Shown one piece after another: positions 23,236 to 32,131 of a DNA stretch of 64,000 bases. A program made the translations under genes and the position numbers. This DNA comes from Dehalococcoidia bacterium. Its GTDB lineage: Bacteria > Chloroflexota > Dehalococcoidia > Bin125. Below the pieces are notes generated by a model, which saw only the letters and a program-made list of their open reading frames with translations, was not told where the DNA came from and did not search any database. Within the stretch, counting starts at the first letter, position 1, and each line of letters opens with the position of its first letter. The DNA lies in assembly GCA_963662615.2 (NCBI GenBank), contig CAXXSR010000001.1, positions 1,216,001 to 1,280,000 on the forward strand, written 5' to 3'.

Positions 23236-24573
23236 CTACCGTCCCCTAGGGTTGACGACGTCGTTGACCGCGTCGCCCACCAGATTGAAAGAGAAGATCA
23301 GCACCGCCACCGTGACGCCCGGCACCAGCAGGAGATGCGGGTGCAGGTTGAAGGTGCTAGAGCCGCCAGCGTCCGCGATCATGGCGCCGAAGGAGGCGGT
23401 GGGCGGCTGAATGCCGAGGCCGAGGAAGGTGAGCCCGACCTCCGCACCCGCCGCGGCCCCCAGCGACGCGCTCACGCCCATGATGATCCAGGGCAGCACG
23501 CCCGGCAGGAGATGGCGGACGAGGATCCGTGGCGTGCCTGCCCCAATGGACTCCGCCGCCAGAATGAACTCCTGTTCCCGCAAGGCGAGCACCTGCGCGC
23601 GCACGAAGCGCGCCGTCAGCACCCACCCCAAGAAGGAAACGGCGACAAATAACAGGCTGATGTGATCGATCCCCTGGTCAATGAGGAAGGTCATGCCGAG
23701 GAAGTCGTCGATGGCGGCGATCCAGTCGGTCCACTGTTCGCGCAAGACAGCGCTGATCACGATCAGAACGAGCAGGCCGGGAATGGCCAGGAAGACGTCA
23801 CCGACGCGCATGATCACGGCGTCAACCCAGCCGCCCCGATACCCCGCCCAAAGTCCCAGCCCCAAGCCAAGGAAGGCATCGCCGAGCAGAAAGGCGAGAA
23901 TGCTGAAGATCAGCGTGGTGCGGGCCGAGAAGAGGGTGCGGCTGAACATGTCGCGGCCGTTGCGGTCGGTGCCGAAGAGGTGGCGCGAGGAGGGCCCTTG
24001 CAGCGTTTCATCCTCGCTGACGACGAGTAAGGTGCCAGCGGGCAGAACCGTCTCCTCGCGGAGGGGACTGAAGCGATCGGAGGGGCCCGGAATCGTGAGG
24101 AGGGTGAGTTCCGGCAGAACGGTCTCCTCCGTGAGCGGGCCGAAGCGATCGGCCACGGTGGGATTGAGCGCCGCGATGACGTCCACCGTGATGCCGTGCC
24201 GGGTGAGGAATGACGCCAGCGGCTCCACTTCCGTGCCCGCGAGCCGGACGGTGTCGCTGGTGCGGCGATTGTTGGCGACGATCTCCTCCAGGGAGGCGTC
24301 GTGGTCCTGGAGGAACGCGCCGATCGTTTCGCCTTCGTCCACGCGGTCGCGCGCGGCGAGATTGTTCGTTGTCGGGTCCTGCAGCCCTGTGGGCGCCCCG
24401 AAGGCGTCCAGCATGGTGTACGACCCCGCCCCATAGATGATGCAGATGAGGATGAGCGAGATCACGGCGAGCCGCTTCCGCAGCAGGCTCCGCAGAGCGC
24501 GCCGCCAGGGCGCCTTCCCGCGCGCCTCGGCCAGAGCGATTTCGATGTCGCCGCTACCGCCGGCGACCGTCAC
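23236..24573 (-). CDS. oppC: Peptide ABC transporter permease OppC/DppC with about 115-aa LysM-like insert
   Basis: HLFGTDRNGRD, EAA loop EFILAAESIGA, RHLLP, FLGLG, FNLVGDA; longer than usual because of an insert at aa ~74-189. Confidence 0.9.
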   Translation of the reverse strand: MTVAGGSGDIEIALAEARGKAPWRRALRSLLRKRLAVISLILICIIYGAGSYTMLDAFGAPTGLQDPTTNNLAARDRVDEGETIGAFLQDHDASLEEIVANNRRTSDTVRLAGTEVEPLASFLTRHGITVDVIAALNPTVADRFGPLTEETVLPELTLLTIPGPSDRFSPLREETVLPAGTLLVVSEDETLQGPSSRHLFGTDRNGRDMFSRTLFSARTTLIFSILAFLLGDAFLGLGLGLWAGYRGGWVDAVIMRVGDVFLAIPGLLVLIVISAVLREQWTDWIAAIDDFLGMTFLIDQGIDHISLLFVAVSFLGWVLTARFVRAQVLALREQEFILAAESIGAGTPRILVRHLLPGVLPWIIMGVSASLGAAAGAEVGLTFLGLGIQPPTASFGAMIADAGGSSTFNLHPHLLLVPGVTVAVLIFSFNLVGDAVNDVVNPRGR

Positions 24574-25556
24574 GAAGGCCTCCGGCCGAAGCGAATCCGG
24601 GGGTCAATGAAGATGTAGAGGATGTCCGTGGCCAAGTTGCCCAGCACGATCAACGTTGAGACAAGCAGAGTGAAGCCAAGCAGGACGTTGAAGTCGCGAT
24701 TGTTGATCGAGCGGAAGAGGAAGCTGCCCACGCCCGGGACGCCGTACAAGGTTTCGACGAAGATCGTGCCGGTGATCACCAAGACGATGCTGAGGACCAC
24801 GAATGTGCTGAGCGGCAGCATGGCGTTGCGGAGGACGTGCCGGTAGATCACCGTGCGCTCGCGCAGCCCTTTGGCTCGGGCCGTGCGGACGTAGTCCTCA
24901 TCCAGCACAGCGAGCACACTGATCCGCACGAAGCGAGCCATCCCCTTCAGCCCAGCCAGGGTCAGCGCGGTGACGGGAATGATGTAGGAGGCGGGGTCAC
25001 CGGGCGTCCAGACGGAGGGGACGGCGAAGCCGAAGAATCGGATCACATCGTCAAGCACGAAGATGGGCAGCCAGATCAGCAGCGGCATCAGCACCACCAC
25101 CGGGATGGCGTCGAAGACCATGAGGACGCCGATCGTAAAGGGGTCTTTCCATCTGCCCCGATTGAGCGCGGCGTACACCCCCAGGGGGATGCCGATTAGA
25201 TAGGTGAGCGCGAGCGAGATGAGGCCGATCTGGGCAGAGATCCAGATGCGCTCGCCGAGCAGTTCCTGAACAGACCGTTGAGGGCTGCGAAAGAAATACG
25301 AAGGGCCCAGGTCGCCCTCCGTGATCAGGTTCTTGGTGTAGCGGCCGAAGCGCTCGAAGAAGCCGCCCTTGAGCCCGAACTCCTCACGGATCGAGTCCGC
25401 GATCTCAGGGTCGGGCGTGCGCGTACCGGTGATGATGCGAACCGGATCCCCGGGGGCGAACTGGGTGAAGGCGAAGGTGATGAAGAGAACAGCGAAGAGA
25501 ATCAGCGGAACGAGCAGTAGCCGCCGCACGATGATGGGGAGCAGCCCGCCGGCCAC
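24570..25556 (-). CDS. oppB: Peptide ABC transporter permease OppB/DppB
   Basis: APGDP, GDLGPS, EDYVRTARAKGL, HVLRNA, IDPRIR. Confidence 0.93.
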   Translation of the reverse strand: MAGGLLPIIVRRLLLVPLILFAVLFITFAFTQFAPGDPVRIITGTRTPDPEIADSIREEFGLKGGFFERFGRYTKNLITEGDLGPSYFFRSPQRSVQELLGERIWISAQIGLISLALTYLIGIPLGVYAALNRGRWKDPFTIGVLMVFDAIPVVVLMPLLIWLPIFVLDDVIRFFGFAVPSVWTPGDPASYIIPVTALTLAGLKGMARFVRISVLAVLDEDYVRTARAKGLRERTVIYRHVLRNAMLPLSTFVVLSIVLVITGTIFVETLYGVPGVGSFLFRSINNRDFNVLLGFTLLVSTLIVLGNLATDILYIFIDPRIRFGRRPS

Positions 25557-25599
25557 CGCAGTCGCCCTCTCAGACCAGCCACCGACCCCCGCGTGAGCG

Positions 25600-27426
25600 C
25601 TAGTCGCTCAGGGTGATGAAGCGCAGGTAGGGGATCACCGAGCGCGGGGGAACGTAACCCTGCACGTACGGCTTCACCACTTCGTTCTTCTGCCCGTGGA
25701 AGAGCAGGAGCCAAGGCGCGTCGTCCACGATGATCCGCTCCACCTGGCGGTAAATCTCGATCCGCCGTTGCGGGTCTTGCTCTACTCGCGCTTGCTCCAG
25801 CAGCGTGTTGACTTCCGCATTGTCGTATGCGGGATTGTTCTGCAGCGAGCGGCCGTGGAAGAGCAGATCCAGGAAGTTTTCCGGATCGGGATAGTCGGCG
25901 CTCCAGCCCAGGCTGAACGCCTGGTAGAGCCCACGGTCCAGCTCAGAGAAGAAGGAGGCCGTTTCCACCTGCTGGATCTCGACCGCCAGCCCGAGATTCT
26001 GCTGCCACATATCCCGGACCGCCTCGATCAGCGCTCCGGGGGTCGCCCCCGCGCCCGAGACGGTCAGGCGGATGCGATCCAGCAGGGGGCTCCCCGCGTA
26101 GCTGGAGCCATCGAGCAGCGCCTTGGCTTGCGTCGGGTCGAAGGGCAGCCCGCGGAAGTCTGGGTCGTAGCCCGGCATGCCCGGGGGCAGGATCCCTTCC
26201 GCCACCACCACGACGTTCTGGAAGGTGATTTCAATAATCGCGCCCTTGTCGACTGCCATGGAGAAGGCCCGCCGCACGTCGCGGTCGTCGAAGGGGGGCT
26301 GATTGACGTTGAAGCCGATGTAGAACGTACTCAACTCGCTGCGGCTGACGAATTCGGCGTTGAGGGTCGAAGCCGGGTCCCTTGCCCGCTCAATGTCGTT
26401 GATGCCGATACCGGCAATATCCACCTCTTCGTTCTCATACTGCGTCAGCCCGCCACCCGCGAAGCGGATGCGGACCTCCTCAAGCTGTGCGGGGCCCAGG
26501 TGGTAGCGGTCCCAGGGAACCAGCGTCAGCCCTTCCCCCAACTCCCAGTTTCTCAACTGGAACGGGCCGGTCCCGATCGGGTCACGCGCCCAGCCTTCGG
26601 GATCGCGCTCCACCTGGTCGCGGTAGAGCACGTAGGCGGTGGGATAGGTGAGCTTCTGCAGGAAGTAGGGCTTGGGCTCGTCGATGGTGATCTCAACGGT
26701 GCGATCGTTGATCACCTGAATACCCGTGACTTCGGTCACGCCGCTGCGGCCGCGCGCGTAGTCCTTCAGCCCCACGATGTCGCCCAGATAGTCAATCGCC
26801 GTGGGCGAGAAGGTGTCCGGGGAGGCGTTGCGCTCAATGCTCCACTTCACGTCCTCCGCGCTGACGCGCGTGCTGCCGTCGTGGTAGAGAGCGTCGGGAC
26901 GGATCACGAACCGGTAGGTGACCGTGCCGTCCGCATTGAAGATCAGCTCCGGGATCTCCTCGGCGAGGTCCGCCACCACGTTGAGGTCCTGGTCCAGGGT
27001 GACGAGCCCGCCGAAGATCTCCACGACGTACTCGGCGGAGGTCACGTCGGTCGTCAGAGCCGGATCGAGCGTCAGCGGCTCTCCGCGGGCGAGCCGCAGC
27101 ACCCCGCTTTCGCGAACGGCCGGCGCCGCCCGCGCGGGTTCTTCCTCTGCACCAGCCGGCGCAGGGGGGGCCACCCCGTTCGCTTCCGCCGGCGCCTCCG
27201 CCGGAGCATCCGCCGGAGCCGCCGCTCCCTCCGCGTCTTCAGCGCGGTCCGCGCGCTCACCGCGCTCGGAGCGGGAATCGGACGTCTCGCTGTCCCCGTC
27301 TGAGTCGTCGCCGCCCCCACCGCAGGCCGCCGCGACCACCGCTACGACGAGCAGGAGGCTGAAGAGGCCCAGCCCCAGGCGGGCCCAATGTCGATCGGTT
27401 CGGAGTTCTCGCCCCAGGACGCTCAT
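25600..27426 (-). CDS. oppA: Peptide/nickel ABC substrate-binding lipoprotein (SBP family 5)
   Basis: AAACGG lipobox, TLDPA, PIGTGPF, PFDDRDVRRA, WSADYPDP. Confidence 0.92.
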   Translation of the reverse strand: MSVLGRELRTDRHWARLGLGLFSLLLVVAVVAAACGGGGDDSDGDSETSDSRSERGERADRAEDAEGAAAPADAPAEAPAEANGVAPPAPAGAEEEPARAAPAVRESGVLRLARGEPLTLDPALTTDVTSAEYVVEIFGGLVTLDQDLNVVADLAEEIPELIFNADGTVTYRFVIRPDALYHDGSTRVSAEDVKWSIERNASPDTFSPTAIDYLGDIVGLKDYARGRSGVTEVTGIQVINDRTVEITIDEPKPYFLQKLTYPTAYVLYRDQVERDPEGWARDPIGTGPFQLRNWELGEGLTLVPWDRYHLGPAQLEEVRIRFAGGGLTQYENEEVDIAGIGINDIERARDPASTLNAEFVSRSELSTFYIGFNVNQPPFDDRDVRRAFSMAVDKGAIIEITFQNVVVVAEGILPPGMPGYDPDFRGLPFDPTQAKALLDGSSYAGSPLLDRIRLTVSGAGATPGALIEAVRDMWQQNLGLAVEIQQVETASFFSELDRGLYQAFSLGWSADYPDPENFLDLLFHGRSLQNNPAYDNAEVNTLLEQARVEQDPQRRIEIYRQVERIIVDDAPWLLLFHGQKNEVVKPYVQGYVPPRSVIPYLRFITLSD

Positions 27427-27490
27427 GCCTCTCCCTCGCTCCCTGCGCCGCGCCGCCTCCAGCCGTCGCGCGTCCGCCCGGTCGCGGTGT

Positions 27491-27499
27491 AGGTTATCA
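27491..27499 (-). promoter_or_regulatory. Extended -10 element upstream of oppA
   Basis: Minus strand TG-a-TAACCT. Confidence 0.5.
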
Positions 27500-27539
27500 C
27501 CGCTACGGGTGAGCCGGCCGGATCACGCCCCGCCTCGAT

Positions 27540-29345
27540 CTAGGAACGGTCGGCGCCGGCGGGCGGTTTTCGTACCATCAGCCCTATTTCCGCCAACTGC
27601 TCCGGCGACACCGGCGCGGGTGCCCCCGTAAGCGGGTCGGTGGCCGACTGGGTCTTCGGGAAGGCGATCACCTCACGAATGTTCTCCCGCCCCGCCAGCA
27701 GCATGGCCAGGCGGTCCAGCCCCACGGCGAAGCCGCCATGGGGAGGCGCGCCGTACTCGAACGCCTCCAGCATGTGCCCGAAGCGGGCCTGCGCCTCCGC
27801 CGGGCTGATGCCCAAGAGCGCAAAAAGACGCTCCTGCAACTCGCGCCGGTAAATCCGGATCGATCCGGACCCCAGTTCGAAACCGTTGGCGACGGTGTCG
27901 TAGGCGCGCGCGAGCACCCGACCCGGATCGCTCTCTAGGTAGGGAAGGTCCTCCTCCCGCGGCGCCGTGAACGGATGGTGGAGCGCGTCCCATCGGCCCT
28001 CATCCTCGATCCACTCCAGGAGCGGGAAATCCGTGATGAAGGCGAGGTGGAGCATGCCCGGGTCGGCCAGATTGAGCCGACGGGCGATCTCGCGGCGTAG
28101 CCCGTCAAGAACCGTGTTCACCACCTTCTCGCTGTCGGCCGCCAGCAGGACCATGTCGCCTGCCTGGGCGTCGCAGCGCTGGCCAATGGCACGAGACGCC
28201 TCCAGTCCCAGATGGCGCAGCATGGGGGCGCGGAGGTCGTCCGCTGTGGCACCGGCCGGCGCCGCGGCGTATTGGATGGAGACTAGGCCCTTCGCGCCCA
28301 TGGTCTTGGCCAGGTCGGTGAGCCCGTCCACTTGCCGGCGAGTTAGCTCCGCGCCGCCCGGGTAAACGACGGCGCGCACCCGTCCGCCGCTCTCCACGGC
28401 CCCGCGAAAGACGCCGAACGCGCTCTCCCGGACCAGATCCGAACAGTCGACCAGCTCCAGCCCGTAGCGGAGGTCGGGCTTATCCGTGCCGAACCGGGTC
28501 ATGGCCTCCACATAGGAGAGCCGCGGGAAGGGCGAAACCAGGCGCATGTCCGGACGCAGTTCGGCGACCAGGCCGGTGAAGAGCTCCTCCAACAGGCCCA
28601 GGACGTCGTCTTCATTGCAGAAGGAAAGCTCCAGGTCCAGCTGCGTGAATTCAGGCTGGCGATCGGCGCGGAGGTCCTCGTCGCGCATGCAGCGGGCGAT
28701 CTGGAAGTACCGCTCCAACCCCGCCACCATCAGCAGCTGCTTGAGCTGCTGCGGCGATTGCGGGAGGGCGTAGAAGGAGCCGGGGTGGAGACGGCTGGGG
28801 ACCAGGTAGTCGCGCGCGCCCTCCGGCGTCGCCGCCACCAGCATGGGCGTCTCCACCTCCAGAAAGCCGCGCTCCGACATGAACGTGCGGATGTGCTGAT
28901 TCATCCGATGCCGCAGCACCAGCGTCCGCAGCATCTCGGGCCGACGCAGATCGATGTAGCGGTGCCGGAGACGGACGATTTCGTCAACTTCGGTCTCTTC
29001 ATTCACGGGGAAGGGCGGTGTCTTGGCGGGATTGAGCACCTCAACGTCGGTCGCCACGACCTCCACTTCGCCGGTGGCCAGGTTGGGGTTCAGCGCTTCC
29101 GGCGCGCGCAACTCGACAGTGCCGGCGACGCGCAACACATACTCGCTGCGGACCGTGGCGGCAAGCTCGTAGGCGCGCTGGTTCCGCTCTGGATGCAGGA
29201 CGATCTGCACGACGCCCGCTCTGTCGCGCAGGTCGATGAAGATGACGCCGCCGTGGTCGCGCCGTCGGTGGACCCAGCCGGCCAGAGAGACATCGGTCCC
29301 AGCGTGTTCGCGTCGCAGGTCGCCGCAGTTGTGGCTCTTGAGCAC
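27540..29345 (-). CDS. aspS: Aspartate--tRNA ligase (probably non-discriminating)
   Basis: RRRDHGG..FIDLRD, TPEGARDYLVP, LPQSPQ, DRQPEFTQLD, GAPPHGG; GGAGG before GTG 29345. Confidence 0.97.
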   Translation of the reverse strand: MLKSHNCGDLRREHAGTDVSLAGWVHRRRDHGGVIFIDLRDRAGVVQIVLHPERNQRAYELAATVRSEYVLRVAGTVELRAPEALNPNLATGEVEVVATDVEVLNPAKTPPFPVNEETEVDEIVRLRHRYIDLRRPEMLRTLVLRHRMNQHIRTFMSERGFLEVETPMLVAATPEGARDYLVPSRLHPGSFYALPQSPQQLKQLLMVAGLERYFQIARCMRDEDLRADRQPEFTQLDLELSFCNEDDVLGLLEELFTGLVAELRPDMRLVSPFPRLSYVEAMTRFGTDKPDLRYGLELVDCSDLVRESAFGVFRGAVESGGRVRAVVYPGGAELTRRQVDGLTDLAKTMGAKGLVSIQYAAAPAGATADDLRAPMLRHLGLEASRAIGQRCDAQAGDMVLLAADSEKVVNTVLDGLRREIARRLNLADPGMLHLAFITDFPLLEWIEDEGRWDALHHPFTAPREEDLPYLESDPGRVLARAYDTVANGFELGSGSIRIYRRELQERLFALLGISPAEAQARFGHMLEAFEYGAPPHGGFAVGLDRLAMLLAGRENIREVIAFPKTQSATDPLTGAPAPVSPEQLAEIGLMVRKPPAGADRS

Positions 29346-29464
29346 TGTGGCCTCCACAGCAGCGCAGGGATGGCGGAAAGGGAGTGCGCCTTCAACTCTT
29401 ACATGCGGCCCGATCGCGATCAAACGTCGCGGCCTGAGCCCGGGTCGGCGGTACACTGACGGCG

Positions 29465-30751
29465 ATGCCTGCCTCTGGATCCGGTCGCAAGGCCACGCCG
29501 ATCGCCATGGACATGAGGCCGCCCGTCAGCCTCTACCTGCACGTCCCGTTCTGCACCGTCAAGTGCGGCTACTGCGACTTCAACTCCTACGCCAGCCTGG
29601 AGGAGCAGATTCCCGCCTGGGAGACCGCCTTGCAAGAGGAGCTGAGTCGCTGGGCCCCAGCCGTGGCCGGACGGCCTGTGGCCACGCTCTTCTTCGGCGG
29701 GGGGACGCCCAGCCTTCTGGACGGCGACGCGGTGGCGCGGATCATGGCGACGGTCCGCTCCCTCTACGCCCTGGACCCGGAGGCTGAAATCACGTTGGAG
29801 GCGAACCCAGAGAGCGTGCGACGGGAGCGGTTGCTGGGATACCGGGCGGCGGGCGTGAATCGTCTGTCGATGGGTGTGCAATCGCTCGACACGGTCGAGC
29901 TGCGCTTCCTGGACCGCGCGCATGACGCTGAACAGGCCCGGACCGCCTTCACGCTGGCCCGCGACGCCGGCTTCGACAACGTCAATGCGGACCTGATCTT
30001 CGGCCTGCCGGAGCAATCGCTGGACGGTTGGCAGCGGTCGCTGGAGGGCGTGCTCGCCTGGGGTCCGGACCACCTCTCGTGCTACGCCCTCACCGTGGAG
30101 GAAGGGACGCCGCTGGCGTGGCGCGTGGCCCGCGGTGAGGTAACGGAGTCGGACCCGGACCTGCTGGCGGCCATGACCGACTGGACCGAGGAGCGGCTCG
30201 GGCAGGCGGGGTATCGCCAATACGAGATCAGCAACTTCGCCCGGCCGGGGCGCGAGTGCCGCCACAACCTCGTCTACTGGCGGCACCAGGAATACGTGGC
30301 GGTGGGCCCGGGCGCCCATGGCTTCGTCGACGGCGTCCGCTACAGCGTGGAGCGGAGCCCCGCGCGGTACATCCAGGCGCTCACAAGGGAACCCGCTCGT
30401 CCTGAGCCTGTCGAAAGGCGCGCTGCCGCTGAATCCGTTCGTCCTGAGCTTGTCGAAGGGCGCGCGGCCTTGGACCTGCCCTCGCCCGCCGCGGTCTCCC
30501 GCGAGGACGTCACGCCAGGGACCGCCGCCATCGATGCCGCCGTGATGGGGCTGCGCCTGAACGATGGCATCGACGAGGGCGAGTTCGCATCGGCGCACGG
30601 CGAGCACTGGGCCGGGCTGCGCCCGGGCCTTGAGTGGGGCATCGATGCGGGGCTGCTGGAACGCGGCGACGGCCGCCTGCGCCTGACCCGTCGCGGCCGG
30701 CGGCTCGCCAACGAAGTCTTTGTGCGCCTGCTGGAGCCGTCGCTGGTGTGA
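29465..30751 (+). CDS. hemW: Radical SAM heme chaperone HemW (HemN-like) with short repeat insert
   Basis: LYLHVPFCTVKCGYCDFNS, GGGTPS, EANP, YEISNFA, HNLVYW. Confidence 0.92.
   Translation: MPASGSGRKATPIAMDMRPPVSLYLHVPFCTVKCGYCDFNSYASLEEQIPAWETALQEELSRWAPAVAGRPVATLFFGGGTPSLLDGDAVARIMATVRSLYALDPEAEITLEANPESVRRERLLGYRAAGVNRLSMGVQSLDTVELRFLDRAHDAEQARTAFTLARDAGFDNVNADLIFGLPEQSLDGWQRSLEGVLAWGPDHLSCYALTVEEGTPLAWRVARGEVTESDPDLLAAMTDWTEERLGQAGYRQYEISNFARPGRECRHNLVYWRHQEYVAVGPGAHGFVDGVRYSVERSPARYIQALTREPARPEPVERRAAAESVRPELVEGRAALDLPSPAAVSREDVTPGTAAIDAAVMGLRLNDGIDEGEFASAHGEHWAGLRPGLEWGIDAGLLERGDGRLRLTRRGRRLANEVFVRLLEPSLV
30393..30465 (+). repeat. Two direct copies of a 31-nt REP-like unit inside hemW
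   Basis: ccgctcgtcctgagcctgtcgaaaggcgcgc (30393) and ccgttcgtcctgagcttgtcgaagggcgcgc (30435), 42 nt apart. Confidence 0.85.
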
Positions 30752-30760
30752 GGAGATGCC

Positions 30761-31090
30761 GTGGCCTACGACGAAGCGCTGGCCCAGCGCGTGCGCGCAC
30801 TGCTCGCAGACGACTCAACAATCGCCGAGCGAAAGATGTTCGGCGGCCTGGCCTTCATGCTGCGGGGCAACATGTGCTGCGGCGTCCAAAACGACGAGCT
30901 GATGGTGCGGGTAGGGCCCGAGGCGTACGACGATGCCGTGGCCCGGCCTCACGCCCGTGAGATGGACTTCACCGGCCGACCGCTTAGAGGCCTCGTCTAC
31001 GTCTCAGCGGCGGGGCTGCGGACGCGAAAGGCGCTCGTCACCTGGGTGGAGCGGGGCGTGCGTTACGCCACCTCCCTGCCGGCGAAGTAG
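30761..31090 (+). CDS. TfoX N-terminal domain protein
   Basis: MAYDEALAQRVR, ERKMFGGLAFM..GNMCCG, MDFTGRP..G.VYV; AGGAG RBS. Confidence 0.88.
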   Translation: MAYDEALAQRVRALLADDSTIAERKMFGGLAFMLRGNMCCGVQNDELMVRVGPEAYDDAVARPHAREMDFTGRPLRGLVYVSAAGLRTRKALVTWVERGVRYATSLPAK

Positions 31091-31144
31091 GGGGACAGGG
31101 ATGACTGAACGTAGTCGAGGTCGCCGCTTTCGAGCCATTCGTCC

Positions 31145-32131
31145 TCACCCACCCGCCACGTCCAGCACGATCTTGCCAAAGTTCCGATTCGCCTCCATGT
31201 ACCGATGCGCCTCGGCCGCCTCCCGCAGCGGGAAGACCCGGTCGATGACGGGGCGCATGCGGCCGTCGGCGAGGGCGGGCTCAAGGTGCTCCTGGTAGTC
31301 GCGGGTGAGGGCGGCGCGCTCCGACAACGGTCGCGCTCGCAGAACCGATCCGAAGACCTGCAAACGACGCCGCAGGAGTGCGCTCAGGTCGACCTCCGTC
31401 GTGGCGCCGCCCAATAACGCGATCAGCACCAGCCGGCCGCCCGTCGCCAGCGAGGCGATGTTGCGCGGCCAGTAGCCCGCACCCACCACGTCGAGGATGA
31501 CGTCCACGCCTCGGCCGTCCGTCCCCGTGCGGACCTCCTCCGCGAAGTCCTGCGTCTTGTAATTGATCGCGACATCCGCGCCCAGGTCGCGCGCCTTCGC
31601 GCACTTCTCCTCGCTGCCGGCCGTGATCCAGGCCTCCCCGCCGATCAGCTTCACGATCTGGATCGCCGCCGTGCCCACGCCGCTGCCGCCGGCATGGATC
31701 AGCGCCCGCTCGCCCGGCTGCAGCCGCCCCAGCGTGCGGATGGCGATGTTCGCCGTAAAAAAGACCTCCGGCAGCGCGGCGGCCTGCTGGTAGTCGAATG
31801 CGTCCGGAATCGGCATCGCCAGCGACTCGTCAATCGTCGCCAGTTCGGCGTACCCACCCCCGCCGCTGAGGCCGTAGACCCGGTCGCCCAGCCGGAACCG
31901 CGTCACGCCTCCACCGACCGCCGCCACATCGCCGGCCAGTTCCAAGCCCAGGATGGCGGACGTGCCCGGTGGCGGCGGATAGCTGCCCTGCCGCTGGAGG
32001 ACGTCGGCCCGGTTGACGGCGCTGGCGTGCACCCGCACCAGCACCTCGCCGTCGCCGACGACGGGGTCCGGCGCGGCGGCAGGGCGAAGCACGCTCGCGT
32101 CTCCGGGCTCGTCGATGACGATCGCTTTCAC
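31145..32131 (-). CDS. NAD(P)H-quinone oxidoreductase (PIG3-like MDR family)
   Basis: VNRADVLQRQGSYPPPPG, HAGGSGVG, NFGKIVL; GTGA-coupled to the HDAC gene. Confidence 0.92.
   Translation of the reverse strand: MKAIVIDEPGDASVLRPAAAPDPVVGDGEVLVRVHASAVNRADVLQRQGSYPPPPGTSAILGLELAGDVAAVGGGVTRFRLGDRVYGLSGGGGYAELATIDESLAMPIPDAFDYQQAAALPEVFFTANIAIRTLGRLQPGERALIHAGGSGVGTAAIQIVKLIGGEAWITAGSEEKCAKARDLGADVAINYKTQDFAEEVRTGTDGRGVDVILDVVGAGYWPRNIASLATGGRLVLIALLGGATTEVDLSALLRRRLQVFGSVLRARPLSERAALTRDYQEHLEPALADGRMRPVIDRVFPLREAAEAHRYMEANRNFGKIVLDVAGG

Noticed and set aside
30393-30465. Repeat pair as a mini CRISPR array
   Set aside because: Only two units, an 11-nt spacer, inside a CDS, and no cas genes.
30761-31090. 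TfoX as evidence for a competence regulon
   Set aside because: Stand-alone TfoX_N proteins are widespread; no competence genes nearby.
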